From Promethearchaeota archaeon (GTDB lineage: Archaea > Asgardarchaeota > Lokiarchaeia > Sigyniarchaeales > SOKP01), in contig JBHLOY010000031.1 in assembly GCA_048939995.1 (NCBI GenBank), positions 1 to 16,350 of the forward strand: 16,350 bases of DNA, in the 5' to 3' direction. A program made the position numbers and the translations under genes. The notes beneath the pieces are model-generated. The model did not search any database and had not been told where the DNA came from. It saw nothing but the letters and a program-made list of their open reading frames with translations. Below, one piece after another: positions 15,541 through 16,350 of this stretch; the first letter of the stretch is position 1; each line of letters starts with the position of its first letter.

Positions 15541-15604
15541 TTTAAATATTAAAATATTCTTACTTTAGTTAGTAATAAAAAAGCAATTATTAGATAAGAG
15601 AGGG
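15541..15604 (+). promoter_or_regulatory. Putative TATA box (TTTAAATA, 15541-15548) and SD-like GAGAGGG (15598-15604) for the 110-aa gene
   Basis: Archaeal TATA-like octamer about 60 nt upstream of ATG 15611 and a purine-rich site 6 nt before it. The AT-rich background limits specificity. Confidence 0.35.
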
Positions 15605-15610
15605 AATAAA

Positions 15611-15943
15611 ATGGAAGTAATGAAATCAAAAGTAGAAGTATTAACTTTAACTGACGCTCAAATTGAAAAAGTTTATGAATTAGCAAGTAATGTTAATTTG
15701 ACAGTTATAGAAGATGTTGCACCTGATTTATTAGAAGTTTGTTTGAAAGCCCAAGGGGGAATTTTGAAAAATGAATTGGGGAGAGTTATCTTTCATTTAC
15801 AAAAAACAGAAAGGCTAAACACCAGAATTGGATTTGAAAAGCTTTTGGATGGAGCCTTAAGAGTAAATGCTAAGCAAGTTTTCAAAATACTTACAGAAGC
15901 TGGTGCTGAAGAGTTGGTCAAAGAAATTAAAGCCCTTTTATAA
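15611..15943 (+). CDS. Small all-helical hypothetical protein (110 aa)
   Basis: Coding-like composition, SD-like site upstream, T-tract downstream, amphipathic helical periodicity. Confidence 0.85.
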   Translation: MEVMKSKVEVLTLTDAQIEKVYELASNVNLTVIEDVAPDLLEVCLKAQGGILKNELGRVIFHLQKTERLNTRIGFEKLLDGALRVNAKQVFKILTEAGAEELVKEIKALL

Positions 15944-15952
15944 AAAATTTAA

Positions 15953-15961
15953 TTTTTTTTT
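15953..15961 (+). terminator. Putative oligo-T terminator after the 110-aa gene
   Basis: T9 run about 10 nt after the stop. Confidence 0.45.
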
Positions 15962-16081
15962 ATCCTTATTTTCCTTAAATTTTATTCAATATATTTTAAA
16001 TATTAAAGCCTTAATTCTATTAAGGAAATGTTATAAGTTGCAAATCATTTTTTAATTTAACAATTCGTTGATTTAGCGATT

Positions 16082-16350
16082 ATGACTGACACTAAAAAAG
16101 AATCCGAATTAGACAAGGCATGGGAATATTATGAAAAAATAAGAGACGCTCTTACGGGGTTATATGAGATTTTAAATATGAGTATGGATGAAAACAATAT
16201 TTTTTATCAGTGTGCAATTGATAATTTAGAAAATCTAAAAGAGACTATAATTGATATGTTGAAAAAGGATTACAATCCAACAGAGATAAAAAGAAAATTA
16301 AGAGAACTCGAATTTGATATAAAAAAGTCTCTATTCTTTGAAAAAGATAA
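16082..16350 (+). CDS. Helical hypothetical protein, 3'-truncated by the window edge (not in the ORF track)
   Basis: Manual translation: MTDTKKESELDKAWEYYEKIRDALTGLYEILNMSMDENNIFYQCAIDNLENLKETIIDMLKKDYNPTEIKRKLRELEFDIKKSLFFEKD...; 89 open codons with helical-hairpin periodicity. Confidence 0.82.
   Translation, partial: MTDTKKESELDKAWEYYEKIRDALTGLYEILNMSMDENNIFYQCAIDNLENLKETIIDMLKKDYNPTEIKRKLRELEFDIKKSLFFEKD

Noticed and set aside
15867-16055. 62-aa plus ORF overlapping the 110-aa gene
   Set aside because: Out-of-frame overlap that runs through the T-tract and AT-rich spacer; low complexity, no SD.
1-16350. CRISPR array, tRNA/rRNA or IS element
   Set aside because: No regularly spaced repeats, cloverleaf-like GC-rich segments, transposase ORFs or terminal inverted repeats were seen.

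Overview
AT-rich (roughly 30% GC) archaeal chromosomal window, most likely from an Asgard archaeon of the Lokiarchaeia/Promethearchaeota type. The taxonomy is an inference from the hsp20-cdc48 pair, GGTGA/GAGGTGA Shine-Dalgarno sites, a MesC-like core methionine synthase and bacterial-type MetV-MetF. Genes from left to right: cdc48/VCP AAA ATPase (minus, runs off the left edge, missed by the ORF track); Hsp20; amidase-signature amidase; a closely spaced minus-strand trio of core methionine synthase, solitary N6-adenine DNA methyltransferase and flavoprotein disulfide reductase; stand-alone LuxE-family acyl-protein synthetase; two tandem DppC/OppC permeases about 90% identical, with no other transporter subunits nearby; metV-metF; a signal-peptide-bearing C45 Ntn-hydrolase; and two small helical hypothetical proteins, the last running off the right edge. 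No rRNA, tRNA, CRISPR array or mobile element was recognised. The best leads are (1) a 110-aa protein with a CARD/death-fold-like residue pattern, (2) the disulfide reductase with an extra Cys-pair insertion and His tail, (3) the co-oriented metV-metF ... reductase-MTase-mesC methyl-metabolism neighbourhood, (4) the orphan LuxE with a Gly-to-Cys P-loop change, and (5) the mosaic permease duplication. All family calls come from motif recognition by eye, not from database searches.
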